64,000 bases of DNA, taken from the NCBI GenBank assembly GCA_965215505.1, contig OZ244065.1, positions 2,944,001-3,008,000 on the forward strand, in the 5' to 3' direction. The position numbers were made by a program, and so were the translations under genes. This document shows, piece after piece, positions 1-8,091 of the stretch. Under the pieces are notes generated by a model. The model ran no database searches, was not told where the DNA came from, and worked only from the letters and a program-made list of their open reading frames with translations. Positions within the stretch are counted from its first letter, which is position 1; each line of letters opens with the position of its first letter. The DNA is from Capsulimonadaceae bacterium (GTDB lineage: Bacteria; Armatimonadota; Armatimonadia; Armatimonadales; Capsulimonadaceae).

Positions 1-48
1 ATAATCGGCGGTCTGATTATCCGCCGCATGGTGGCGCTGGACTTGTAG
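1..48 (+). CDS. 3' end of a type II secretion system F-family (TadB-like) protein, partial
   Basis: Frame 1 reads IIGGLIIRRMVALDL*, resembling a TadB C-terminus; lies upstream of tadC. Confidence 0.6.
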   Translation: MIGGLIIRRMVALDL

Positions 49-103
49 GAGGAGCCTGCCGGCCTTACGCAGAACTTGTCCGGGGGAGGCAGATCGCCCC
101 CCG

Positions 104-190
104 GCCCCGATTCTGGGGGAACCGGAGGGGAAGGGCGAACACAAGGTTCGCCCCTACCTTGTTCCTTCCCTACTCCCCCAGAATCGGGGC
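104..190. repeat. Composite palindromic element: 17-bp inverted repeat enclosing a GTAG-type REP
   Basis: gccccgattctggggga (104-120) / tcccccagaatcggggc (174-190); internal 133-157 reads GTAGGGGCGAACCTTGTGTTCGCCC on the minus strand. Confidence 0.8.
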
Positions 191-220
191 GGGGACTTCC
201 TTATCCATCAGGAGTACCAG

Positions 221-685
221 ATGCCGGACAATGACGTATGGCCGCCGAAACCCGATCTGCCTGACCCGCTGACCGAGTACGACGAGGTGATTGCGGCGAA
301 ACTTGCGGCGCCTTCTCCGGCTATAACGGGGCGGCTCACGCTGGTCAAAGTCTTGCGCGAACAAGAAGGGCTGGATTTGCGCCAGGCAATTGCCCTTGCG
401 AACAACTACTGTGACAGGCATGGGCTATTTGTCAGCGGCAGAGTCACCAAGGCATTTGGCTGGGGAGGCTGCGGGATGGCTTTCGCGGCTTTGTGCCTAG
501 CCATTTTCAGCGGCTATCTGTCGATAGTCCGCCTGGAAGCGGTTCTGAGTCAGCCACATCACCATGCGGCGCTCATGGCGTTGGACAGGCAGGAGATGGT
601 GGTCGCGGCAGCGATTGTGTTGCTGGTGATTGGAAGCGGAATTATCTCTGTCACTATCCGAGGAATCAGCCGAAGGGGGGGATAA
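221..685 (+). CDS. Hypothetical membrane protein with an L7/L12-CTD-like helical motif and two TM segments
   Basis: AGGAG RBS upstream; LVKVLREQEGLDLRQAIALA motif; two hydrophobic stretches; N-terminal DVWPPKP. Confidence 0.65.
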   Translation: MPDNDVWPPKPDLPDPLTEYDEVIAAKLAAPSPAITGRLTLVKVLREQEGLDLRQAIALANNYCDRHGLFVSGRVTKAFGWGGCGMAFAALCLAIFSGYLSIVRLEAVLSQPHHHAALMALDRQEMVVAAAIVLLVIGSGIISVTIRGISRRGG

Positions 686-688
686 GCT

Positions 689-1636
689 ATGCCCATGCCA
701 CTACTGCTAATTCTTGCCCTAGCCTTTCTCGTCGGCGCGCTCCTCACGCTCGCCGTGACCGGCCTCCTCGGCGCGGAGCGGGAGGCGGTCGCGCGGCGGC
801 TGGATAACCTAGCTCGGCCCGCCGCATCCGCCGACCCGCTGCCGTCGCTGGCGGACGCGGAACTGGAAGGGACCTGGCGGGAGCGGCTGTGGCAGCCTAA
901 CTTGCGGCGGCTGGCGCGGATGGGGGCGCGGCTGACCCCGGCGGGGGCCTCGGACCGACTGCGGGCGTCGCTGGCGAAGGCGGGGAACCCCGCCGGGCTG
1001 GGGGCGCGGGAATTCGGGGGCCTGCGCGTGGTCGGCGTGGCGGTTTGCCTGTGCCTGATCGGGCCGATGTGCCTCTTCGTGCCGTCACTCGGGGCGCGGG
1101 TACTGCTGCTCGCGCTGGGGGCGTTGGTCGGGCTGACCCTGCCGGAGACTCTGCTGGAGCGGGCGATCCGGCGGCGGCAGGCGCGCATCCGTCGCGCATT
1201 GCCGGACGCGATTGATCTGCTGGTGGTGAGCGTCGAGGCGGGGATGGGGCTGGACGGGGCGATGGCGAAGGTGACGGAGAAGATGCGCGGGCCGCTCGCC
1301 GACGAGCTGACGCGGGCGCGGAACGAGATGCTTTTGGGCAAGACACGCGGGCAGGCCTTACGGGACATGGCGGCGCGGCTGGAGATGGGGGAGGTGAAGA
1401 CGTTCGTCGCGGCGATCTACCAGGCCGACCAGCTTGGGACGAGCATCGCGCGGGTCCTGCGGGCACAGAGCCAGATGGCGCGGGCGGCGCGGGTGCAGCG
1501 GGTGCGGGAGCAGGCGGCACGTCTGCCGGTGACGATGCTGTTCCCGCTGGTCCTGTTCATCTTCCCGGCGATCTTCGTCGTCCTGCTCGGCCCGAGCCTG
1601 ATGCGGCTGATGGCGACGTTAGGGCACATGAAGTAA
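689..1636 (+). CDS. tadC: Type II secretion system F-family protein, TadC-like
   Basis: LPDAIDLLVVSVEAGMGLD, QADQLGTSIARVLRAQS and LFPLVLFIFPAIFVVLLGP motifs. Confidence 0.9.
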   Translation: MPMPLLLILALAFLVGALLTLAVTGLLGAEREAVARRLDNLARPAASADPLPSLADAELEGTWRERLWQPNLRRLARMGARLTPAGASDRLRASLAKAGNPAGLGAREFGGLRVVGVAVCLCLIGPMCLFVPSLGARVLLLALGALVGLTLPETLLERAIRRRQARIRRALPDAIDLLVVSVEAGMGLDGAMAKVTEKMRGPLADELTRARNEMLLGKTRGQALRDMAARLEMGEVKTFVAAIYQADQLGTSIARVLRAQSQMARAARVQRVREQAARLPVTMLFPLVLFIFPAIFVVLLGPSLMRLMATLGHMK

Positions 1637-1665
1637 CTGACGCTACGCTGACTTCTCCGGGGGTC

Positions 1666-2981
1666 GTTAGTGTAAAATGTTTTCTGTAAATTGATGGCCT
1701 GAAGTAGTAGGTCAGGGAGTATTCTTGGAGTTACCACACAACAAGGAAACTACCCATGACCTACCACAACGATTCTACTCTGTCCGATGCCCTTTTGGAG
1801 CAACTTTCGGCGCAAGGGATGGAGGCCCTGCCCGATCTGTTCCGTGTCCTGCTCAACGCCGCCATGCAGATCGAGCGACAGAAGCACCTGGGCGCGGCCC
1901 CGCATGAACGGACAGAGCAGCGCACGGGCCACGCCAACGGCTACAAGGACAAGACGCTTGCCACCCGCATCGGCCAGATTACTGTCGCCGTCCCTCAGGT
2001 GCGTGAGGGAGGCTTCTACCCGCAGAGCCTGGAACGGGGCACCCGCTCTGAGCGCGCCTTGAAGCTTTCGCTGGCCGAGATGTATGTGCAGGGCGTCTCC
2101 ACCCGCAAGGTGGCCGCCATCACCGAGCAGTTGTGCGGGTTCTCGGTCAGCAGCGGCCAGGTTAGCCAGGCGGCCAAGGAACTCGATGCCACCTTAGAAG
2201 CCTGGCGCACCCGCCCTCTGACGGCTTGCCCGTATCTGCTGCTGGATGCCCGCTACGAGAAGGTACGCCAGGGCGGCATCGTGCAGGATGCCGCCGTCCT
2301 CATTGCCATGGGCGTGGATGAGGCGGGCAAACGCTCCATTCTGGGCGTCTCTGTCGCCTTGTCCGAGAAAGAGGTCCACTGGCGGCAGTTCCTGCAAAGC
2401 CTGACCCAGCGCGGCCTGTGCGGAGTGAGGCTGGTCGTCAGCGATGCCCATGAAGGGCTAAAGGCGGCACGGATGGCGGTGCTGGGCAGCATCCCGTGGC
2501 AGCGATGCCAGTTCCACTTGCAGCAGAACGCCTCCGCTTATGTCCCCAGGCAGGACAGGAAGGCATCCGTGGCCGCAGACATTCGGGCCGTCTTCAACGC
2601 CCAGGACAGAGCCGAAGCCGACGCGCTCTTGAAGCGGGCGGTGCAGAAGTACGAAGCGGCGGCACCCAAGCTTGCGGCCTGGCTGGAAGAGAACCTGCCC
2701 GAAGGCTTGACGGTGTTTGCGTCTCCTGAGCCGCATCGCCGCCTGCTGCGGACTACCAACGGCGTCGAGCGCGTCAATCGTGAGGTGCGCCGCAGGACGC
2801 GGGTAGTGAGCATCTTCCCGAACGAGGCATCGTGCCTGCGGCTGGCGAGCGCCCTGCTGATGGAGATCAGCGACGACTGGCAGGCAGGCAAAGCCTACCT
2901 GACGTTCGCAGAACAAGACTAGCGAAGCCGACGAGACCGCGAGGACGCTCCCAGCTTTTACAGAAACGGCTTGATACTATC
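1666..2981 (+). mobile_element. Complete IS256-family insertion sequence (1316 bp)
   Basis: Imperfect 25-bp TIRs gttagtgtaaaatgttttctgtaaa (1666-1690) and tttacagaaacggcttgatactatc (2957-2981); 8-bp direct repeat CGGGGGTC at 1658-1665 and 2982-2989. Confidence 0.92.
1756..2922 (+). CDS. IS256-family (Mutator-like) DDE transposase
   Basis: MYVQGVSTRKV, LDARYEKVR, VSDAHEGL, WQRCQFH and RTTNGVERVNRE motifs; intact ORF. Confidence 0.95.
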   Translation: MTYHNDSTLSDALLEQLSAQGMEALPDLFRVLLNAAMQIERQKHLGAAPHERTEQRTGHANGYKDKTLATRIGQITVAVPQVREGGFYPQSLERGTRSERALKLSLAEMYVQGVSTRKVAAITEQLCGFSVSSGQVSQAAKELDATLEAWRTRPLTACPYLLLDARYEKVRQGGIVQDAAVLIAMGVDEAGKRSILGVSVALSEKEVHWRQFLQSLTQRGLCGVRLVVSDAHEGLKAARMAVLGSIPWQRCQFHLQQNASAYVPRQDRKASVAADIRAVFNAQDRAEADALLKRAVQKYEAAAPKLAAWLEENLPEGLTVFASPEPHRRLLRTTNGVERVNREVRRRTRVVSIFPNEASCLRLASALLMEISDDWQAGKAYLTFAEQD

Positions 2982-3014
2982 CGGGGGTCAAGAACCGCTC
3001 GACTCCAAAAGCCT

Positions 3015-3623
3015 TCAATCCCCCTGTCCGTCATAGTGCCAATCCGTCATGATGGAACCATCACTCTGCTGCTTGACATGATTATCCGCGAAGACTCCTT
3101 GAAGGACGTATTCTTGCGGCGGTCCATGCCAGTACCCCGCATCCTCGCAGAGCGGCATCATTGCGGGGGACAAATCGTTGCTGTCGGTTTCAGCAAATTC
3201 ATTGTAGCGATAGCTACTGCCCCATGTCAGGAAATCATTGTTTGGGAACAGATCTGACCCTTGCTGCGGTGGCCTCCCTGTGTCAGACATACATCGGAAC
3301 ACCTGGCGAGATCGAAGGTAAGGCTGCAAGACATCGGTATAAAGGGGGATTGAAGGGATGTCCTTCTTTGAATAGGCTGACGTTGCCGCATCAAATCGAG
3401 ACAAGGGATTGACAGCATGAGGATAGATCGTGTCATACTCTTGGGCGTACTGTGTGATAGCAATACCTATCTGTTTGAGATTGTCCAAACAGGCGGATTG
3501 TCGTGCTTTCTCTCTCGCTCGGACAAACACTGGAAAGAGGATTGCCGCCATGATGGAAATGATCGCTGTCACAACGAGCAATTCAATGATGGTGAATCCT
3601 CGTAGCTTCTTGTTATGCATCAT
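3015..3623 (-). CDS. Prepilin-type N-terminal cleavage/methylation (DUF1559-like) protein
   Basis: [44 protein letters not shown]; divergent H-X9-DG-like tail (WH...VFADNHVK). Confidence 0.9.
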   Translation of the reverse strand: MMHNKKLRGFTIIELLVVTAIISIMAAILFPVFVRAREKARQSACLDNLKQIGIAITQYAQEYDTIYPHAVNPLSRFDAATSAYSKKDIPSIPLYTDVLQPYLRSRQVFRCMSDTGRPPQQGSDLFPNNDFLTWGSSYRYNEFAETDSNDLSPAMMPLCEDAGYWHGPPQEYVLQGVFADNHVKQQSDGSIMTDWHYDGQGD

Positions 3624-3630
3624 TGTTTCT

Positions 3631-4596
3631 TCACTGGAGCAGTGCCGTCACCGGAACTGTGATGCGTTGTTCAATAGGGTCGTTAGTCTGTAAAACGATG
3701 TTGCCGCTCATAATACGGTTTGAATGGTCGCTAGTGCATGTTGCCGTGAGTAGAACGTGTCCACCCTGTCTCTCAACATGAGCCGAAACAGAGTGTGGGC
3801 AGGAGAGTACTGTGATCTGCGGGATTCTCTTGCCTGTGTTAATCATCGTCGAAATAGTTCGTGTAATTCTCACACTGTCAAAAAGCAGTTGTGGCTTCTG
3901 GACCGTGTACTTACCAGTTGCGTTGAAATGGACCGACACCTCGACATCTTCAATGCTAGGAACATCCGTGGTAATGTTCAGTTTATCAAAACGCTCCCCT
4001 GATGTCTTCATGGGAGCAGAAGTCACTACAAGGCTCGTCTGCTCGGCAGACTGCTCAATAGTATGTACTCGTAGTTCTGAGTCCGCACTGACGTGCGTGA
4101 CATGAAAGTGAGTGGTCGGTTTCTGTGAGCGCAGCATGATGGTTTGGCTTGCTGTCTGTCCTAGTCGCAAATTCCCAAAATCCAGGGCGTTACGGCTAAT
4201 AGAGACATACGGAAACACATGAGCCTTTACAGGGATGTTGATCTCTGTCTTGTCTACCAACTTTAGCACGATGAACCGTAAGACATCGCCGTTGTAACTC
4301 TCCCCCGAGAAACGCACATGTAATGGGATGCTACCCTTCGGCTCGACGGTATCGGCATCCAGGCTGGCCTGTGTACAGCCACATGATGTGGCCACCGATT
4401 GAATGCGTATAGCTTCGCCGGATCTGTTAATCAGGCGTATGTCTTTGCTGCTAACCGACAACTGAGCCACATCCCCAAAATCAACGTCATGGGGCAGGCA
4501 AGACAGTTCCTTTTGTGATTGGTAGTGGGCGTATGCACCGGCCAATGCCGCAGCGGTGGTAATCAGGGCGGCTATGAAAACACTTTTCGTCTGCAT
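3631..4596 (-). CDS. DUF1573-domain (Ig-like repeat) secreted protein
   Basis: N-terminal hydrophobic signal; DFG...SVATSCGCT motif; about three beta-sandwich repeats. Confidence 0.8.
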   Translation of the reverse strand: MQTKSVFIAALITTAAALAGAYAHYQSQKELSCLPHDVDFGDVAQLSVSSKDIRLINRSGEAIRIQSVATSCGCTQASLDADTVEPKGSIPLHVRFSGESYNGDVLRFIVLKLVDKTEINIPVKAHVFPYVSISRNALDFGNLRLGQTASQTIMLRSQKPTTHFHVTHVSADSELRVHTIEQSAEQTSLVVTSAPMKTSGERFDKLNITTDVPSIEDVEVSVHFNATGKYTVQKPQLLFDSVRITRTISTMINTGKRIPQITVLSCPHSVSAHVERQGGHVLLTATCTSDHSNRIMSGNIVLQTNDPIEQRITVPVTALLQ

Positions 4597-4602
4597 ATAA
4601 GT

Positions 4603-5178
4603 TTACTGGACTTGACCCCTGTATCCCATCTTCCCAAGCGATCTGAGTGCCATCCTCTTCACATCTGGGTCGGGGTCCGCAGCGGCTCTCAGCAGGGGAG
4701 TTAAAGAGCTTTTTTGTCGTAGTTCCCCTAAAAGGCGCGCTTCAGTAAGGCGCACGAGGGATTCGCTACTCGTGAGAGCTGGCAGGGTGGTTTGGGCGAT
4801 ATATTCCTTCTTGGCGTCAGGGATGGATGCGTTCATGTTCGCAGTCAACAGTGTAGCACAAGCCTTCGACTGAACGATGGCATCCGTGGGTCCGGCCGTG
4901 GCTCTAGACAGAGTCTCTATGTCCTGGTCGGAAAGTGTATGGCTTTCCCGGTACTTGAGTTGAATGTCCATCACGGTTTTTAGATCAGACGTGCTGCTTA
5001 CGACGCCCGTGGAGCCAAGATACTGCACCGTTTTGGCGATGCGCGCCTTCTCCACCTTTTCATGCTGCTGTCGTTGCATGGTTCCGACACTGTACGCAGT
5101 GATGCCGCCAAGCATGAATACGCCAATTATGACAGACACGATAATGGATGTTTTTTTTGACACCAGCGAACCCCTCAT
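4603..5178 (-). CDS. Membrane-anchored HEAT-repeat protein
   Basis: N-terminal TM; C-terminal LVRLTEARLLGEL...DPDPDVKRMALRSLGKM HEAT repeats. Confidence 0.75.
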   Translation of the reverse strand: MRGSLVSKKTSIIVSVIIGVFMLGGITAYSVGTMQRQQHEKVEKARIAKTVQYLGSTGVVSSTSDLKTVMDIQLKYRESHTLSDQDIETLSRATAGPTDAIVQSKACATLLTANMNASIPDAKKEYIAQTTLPALTSSESLVRLTEARLLGELRQKSSLTPLLRAAADPDPDVKRMALRSLGKMGYRGQVQ

Positions 5179-5240
5179 CTTCCCGAAGCCCTGTTACTAT
5201 GTCTATACAACAGGGCCTCGGATTCCTGGCTCACTAACGG

Positions 5241-5516
5241 CTATGCCGGGCTGCTTACGCACTTCTTGTAAGCAGCAGTGATGCAGTTCTGGAGGGCTGT
5301 GCCCGAGGCGCAGCCTGAACAGCCGCGGTTGGTGCCATCTGATCCATCGGCGCAGTCCTGGCAAAGCGTTGGGTCCGTGGTCCCGCTGGCGCATTTGCTA
5401 CCGACCGTACCTCCAGAGCAGCTAGCGTAGACCGCATGAACGAACATTGTGAACCCTAATGCCAGCAGGGCAGTTGTAGTCGCAGTGGCTCGTCGCCTTG
5501 AGCGTATTGAGAGCAT
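5241..5516 (-). CDS. Small secreted cysteine-rich peptide (8 Cys)
   Basis: AGGA RBS; basic/hydrophobic signal ending AVYA; mature part C-x8-C-x9-C-x2-C-x10-C-x2-C-x8-C-x7-C. Confidence 0.7.
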   Translation of the reverse strand: MLSIRSRRRATATTTALLALGFTMFVHAVYASCSGGTVGSKCASGTTDPTLCQDCADGSDGTNRGCSGCASGTALQNCITAAYKKCVSSPA

Positions 5517-5549
5517 GATTTGTCTTCCTTTTTGGGAGAAATGCTAGAG

Positions 5550-5744
5550 TTAATGCGTGTGGCTCGGTGGTGCCACTTCTTCCTGACCAGTCGCTTCACA
5601 CCCACAATCCTGTTGCACCACGATATGTGCAGAGCGGTTACGCGCAAAAGCATAAGCGGACGCCGTGGCAATGACGAGGACGGCTGTGAGTGCGAATAAT
5701 GTAAATGCTACTGCCTTTCTTTTTATTAGTGTGTTGTATGACAT
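5550..5744 (-). CDS. Small secreted or membrane peptide with a CGC motif
   Basis: MSYNTLIKRK + hydrophobic stretch + AYA, then DCGCE; co-oriented with the downstream cassette. Confidence 0.55.
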   Translation of the reverse strand: MSYNTLIKRKAVAFTLFALTAVLVIATASAYAFARNRSAHIVVQQDCGCEATGQEEVAPPSHTH

Positions 5745-5770
5745 AGCCCAGTCCCTGATCTGTGTTAATG

Positions 5771-5805
5771 GTAACATTGTTACATGACGGCATGAAATCT
5801 GTCAA
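5771..5805 (-). promoter_or_regulatory. Possible sigma70 promoter of the cassette with an overlapping palindromic operator
   Basis: Perfect TTGACA on minus strand (5805-5800); weak -10; GTAACA-T-TGTTAC palindrome at 5771-5783. Confidence 0.4.
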
Positions 5806-5822
5806 GAACATTGCATTCGGCA

Positions 5823-5940
5823 AAAATCGGGGCGAAAGACCGATAAAATCGGGGCGAAAGACCGATAAAATCGGGGCGAAAGACCGATAAAATCGGGGCG
5901 AAAGACCGATAAAATCGGGGCGAAAGACCGATAAAATCGG
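5823..5940. repeat. Perfect tandem repeat, 5 x 22 bp (AAAATCGGGGCGAAAGACCGAT) plus 8-bp partial
   Basis: Units start at 5823, 5845, 5867, 5889, 5911; no spacers. Confidence 0.97.
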
Positions 5941-6015
5941 TTCAAGTTATGAACACTAACTGAGTGAGGCGGATAGTACGTTTGATGCGTCTCGTAAATG
6001 TGCCAAAATAGTGCT

Positions 6016-6597
6016 GTGGGAAAGACGAAAGACATCCGCACGCGGGGGGCGAAGCCGCAGGACCCCGACGAGCGGGCGGCGCGGGTCAAGGCCGCCGTGC
6101 GGGATTTGGAACGGATCGGGGCCGCCTTCACGGTGGCCGAGGTCGCCGAGCGGGCGGGCATCTCGCGGGCGACATTGTACCGCAGCCCGGACCTGCGCGC
6201 CCTGGTCGGGGCGAAAGGCGACGGGCCGCGCGTGGTGGACGCGGCGGTTCACGACAAGGTGTGCGCGCGGCACGAGGCGCAGAAGGCGAAGACGCGCGCC
6301 CTCCGGCGCGAGCTGGCCGAGGCCGAGGCGAGCTGGGAAGAAATGCGCGAGCGCGCCCGGACGGCCGAGTCGAAGCTGGCCGCCGCCGAGCGCCGGGCGG
6401 AGGTCCTCGCCTCGCAGGCGCGGGGCGGCATCGGCGGGTCGCTGGGGGCGGTCTCGGTCGCGCTGGGGCCGGAAGAGATGCGCCGCGCCCGGCGCGTCCT
6501 GGCCCGCGCCCTGCACCCGGATTTGTTCGCGCAGGACGGCGCGACGGCGGCTTTGGCGACGGAACTATTGAAGACGCTGAACGCGCTGGCGGAATAG
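6016..6597 (+). CDS. HTH (DUF6262/TnpC-like) + coiled-coil + J-domain-like (HPD) protein
   Basis: FTVAEVAERAGISRATLYR HTH; long coiled coil; C-terminal RRVLARALHPD. GTG 6016 preferred (alternative ATG 5998). Confidence 0.75.
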   Translation: MGKTKDIRTRGAKPQDPDERAARVKAAVRDLERIGAAFTVAEVAERAGISRATLYRSPDLRALVGAKGDGPRVVDAAVHDKVCARHEAQKAKTRALRRELAEAEASWEEMRERARTAESKLAAAERRAEVLASQARGGIGGSLGAVSVALGPEEMRRARRVLARALHPDLFAQDGATAALATELLKTLNALAE

Positions 6598-6646
6598 CAG
6601 AAACGAGGCGGCAGGAAAACCGCCGCCGCTTGGGGAAACAGCCGCC

Positions 6647-7117
6647 ATGCCTGACCTACTCGTATCCCTCTACAAGCTGCCGCCCCGCGAGACCGGCGCG
6701 GCCTCCGTCCGCGACGCGGGCGTCATCATCCGCCGCGCCAACCCGTTCGAGCAGACCCCGGTCGGCGACTTCATCCGCACCCACTTCAGCGTGGGCTGGG
6801 CTGAGGAGATGGCCGTCACCTTCGCCCGCCAGCCGATCACCAATTTCATCGCCATCGAGGACAAGAAGGTCATCGGCTTTGCCGCCTTCGAGTCCACCCG
6901 CAAGGCCTTCTTCGGGCCGACCGGCGTGGACCACGCCCACCGGGGGCGGGGCATCGGGCGTGCCCTGCTGATCGAGTCGCTGTGGGGCTTGTCCGACCTG
7001 GGCTACGCCTACGGCATTATCGGCGCGGCGGGGCCGGTGGAGTTCTACAAGAAGGCCGTCGGCGCGGTCGTCATCCCCGATAGCTGGCCAGGCGTCTACG
7101 CGGATCTGCTGCGTTAG
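6647..7117 (+). CDS. GNAT family N-acetyltransferase
   Basis: FGPTGVDHAHRGRGIGRALL acetyl-CoA motif. Confidence 0.9.
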   Translation: MPDLLVSLYKLPPRETGAASVRDAGVIIRRANPFEQTPVGDFIRTHFSVGWAEEMAVTFARQPITNFIAIEDKKVIGFAAFESTRKAFFGPTGVDHAHRGRGIGRALLIESLWGLSDLGYAYGIIGAAGPVEFYKKAVGAVVIPDSWPGVYADLLR

Positions 7118-7123
7118 GAAAGA

Positions 7124-7147
7124 GGGCGCGATGAATCGCGCCCCTAC
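7124..7147. repeat. GTAG-type REP hairpin
   Basis: Minus strand GTAGGGGCGCGATTCATCGCGCCC; identical copy at 46724-46747. Confidence 0.9.
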
Positions 7148-8082
7148 TGGCCTGACGTGTCTGCCGCCGGGGCGGGCGGGGCGGCCTGCGGAGTGGATTG
7201 GGGCGCGGCAGGGGCAGCGTCTTGAGCGGCGGCGTCGGGCGGCAGGTTGATGATGGCCCCGCGCGGGACGCCGACGATCTCGATGTCCTTGATGTGCCGG
7301 GACTTGACCAGGCGCGGGGTCAGCGAGGCGGCGCGGATGTGGGCAGCCTTCGCCTCGGCCTGGGCCTTCAGAACGGACTTCTGGTTGACGATCTGCTGGA
7401 GTTGGAGGTTGAGCTGGGACAGCTTCAAGTTCTGCTGGGCCGCCAGCCGCGAGCGCAGGGCGACCTTAGTGGCGTCGTCCGGATAAATGGCCCGGATGCG
7501 GACCTCATCAATGACAATCGAGTCCGGGTTGAAGCGGTCGTTCAGCTCTTTCAGCGCGTAGGTGGCCGCCGCCTGTTTGCCGTCGCCGCTCATGTTCTGG
7601 GCCGTATTCGCCAGCCCGAAGGCGTCCACGATGGCCTGGCGGAAGGCGGGGCGGAGCTGCGCCTCCTCGAAGTTGCCGAAGTCCGAAAATTGGTTCCGGT
7701 ACTTGCCGTAAAGCGCGGTGATGCGCTCCGGGTGGTCGGCGTCCCAGGCGATGTGGTAGGTGATGCTGGTATCTACTCTGAGTGTGTTGGAGGAGAGCGT
7801 GTTGACGAGGACGCTGTCGTCCTGCTCGGCGTGCGCGCCTTCGCCCGAACCCTGCACCATCGTGTAGGTGCGCTCGTAGGTGGGGATCTCGATCAGCTCG
7901 TTGCCCGAGAAGGGCGGCTGGGCGTTGAACCCGGCGTGGCGGATGCGCGGGTCCACGCGGCCCGTGTAGTGGTTGATGACTAGGCCGACGTTGCCGGTCT
8001 TGACGACGAACCCGCTGGTGTTGCGGGCGAGCAGCAGGCCGACGACGAGGATGATGCCGAGGGCGATGAACAGTGTTTTCAT
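7144..8082 (-). CDS. SPFH (prohibitin/band 7) domain protein
   Basis: N-terminal TM, VKTGNVGLVIN, IVIDEVRIRAI, C-terminal coiled coil AQAEAKAA. Confidence 0.85.
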   Translation of the reverse strand: MKTLFIALGIILVVGLLLARNTSGFVVKTGNVGLVINHYTGRVDPRIRHAGFNAQPPFSGNELIEIPTYERTYTMVQGSGEGAHAEQDDSVLVNTLSSNTLRVDTSITYHIAWDADHPERITALYGKYRNQFSDFGNFEEAQLRPAFRQAIVDAFGLANTAQNMSGDGKQAAATYALKELNDRFNPDSIVIDEVRIRAIYPDDATKVALRSRLAAQQNLKLSQLNLQLQQIVNQKSVLKAQAEAKAAHIRAASLTPRLVKSRHIKDIEIVGVPRGAIINLPPDAAAQDAAPAAPQSTPQAAPPAPAADTSGQ

Positions 8083-8091
8083 TGATTTGTC

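Noticed and set aside
5241-5516. Lanthipeptide/thiopeptide precursor or c-type cytochrome
   Set aside because: Sec-like signal, no modifying enzymes in the window, no CxxCH
5823-5940. CRISPR array
   Set aside because: Units are head-to-tail with no unique spacers, and no cas genes are present
1666-5940. Composite transposon carrying the low-GC cassette
   Set aside because: The target duplication brackets only the IS and there is no second IS copy
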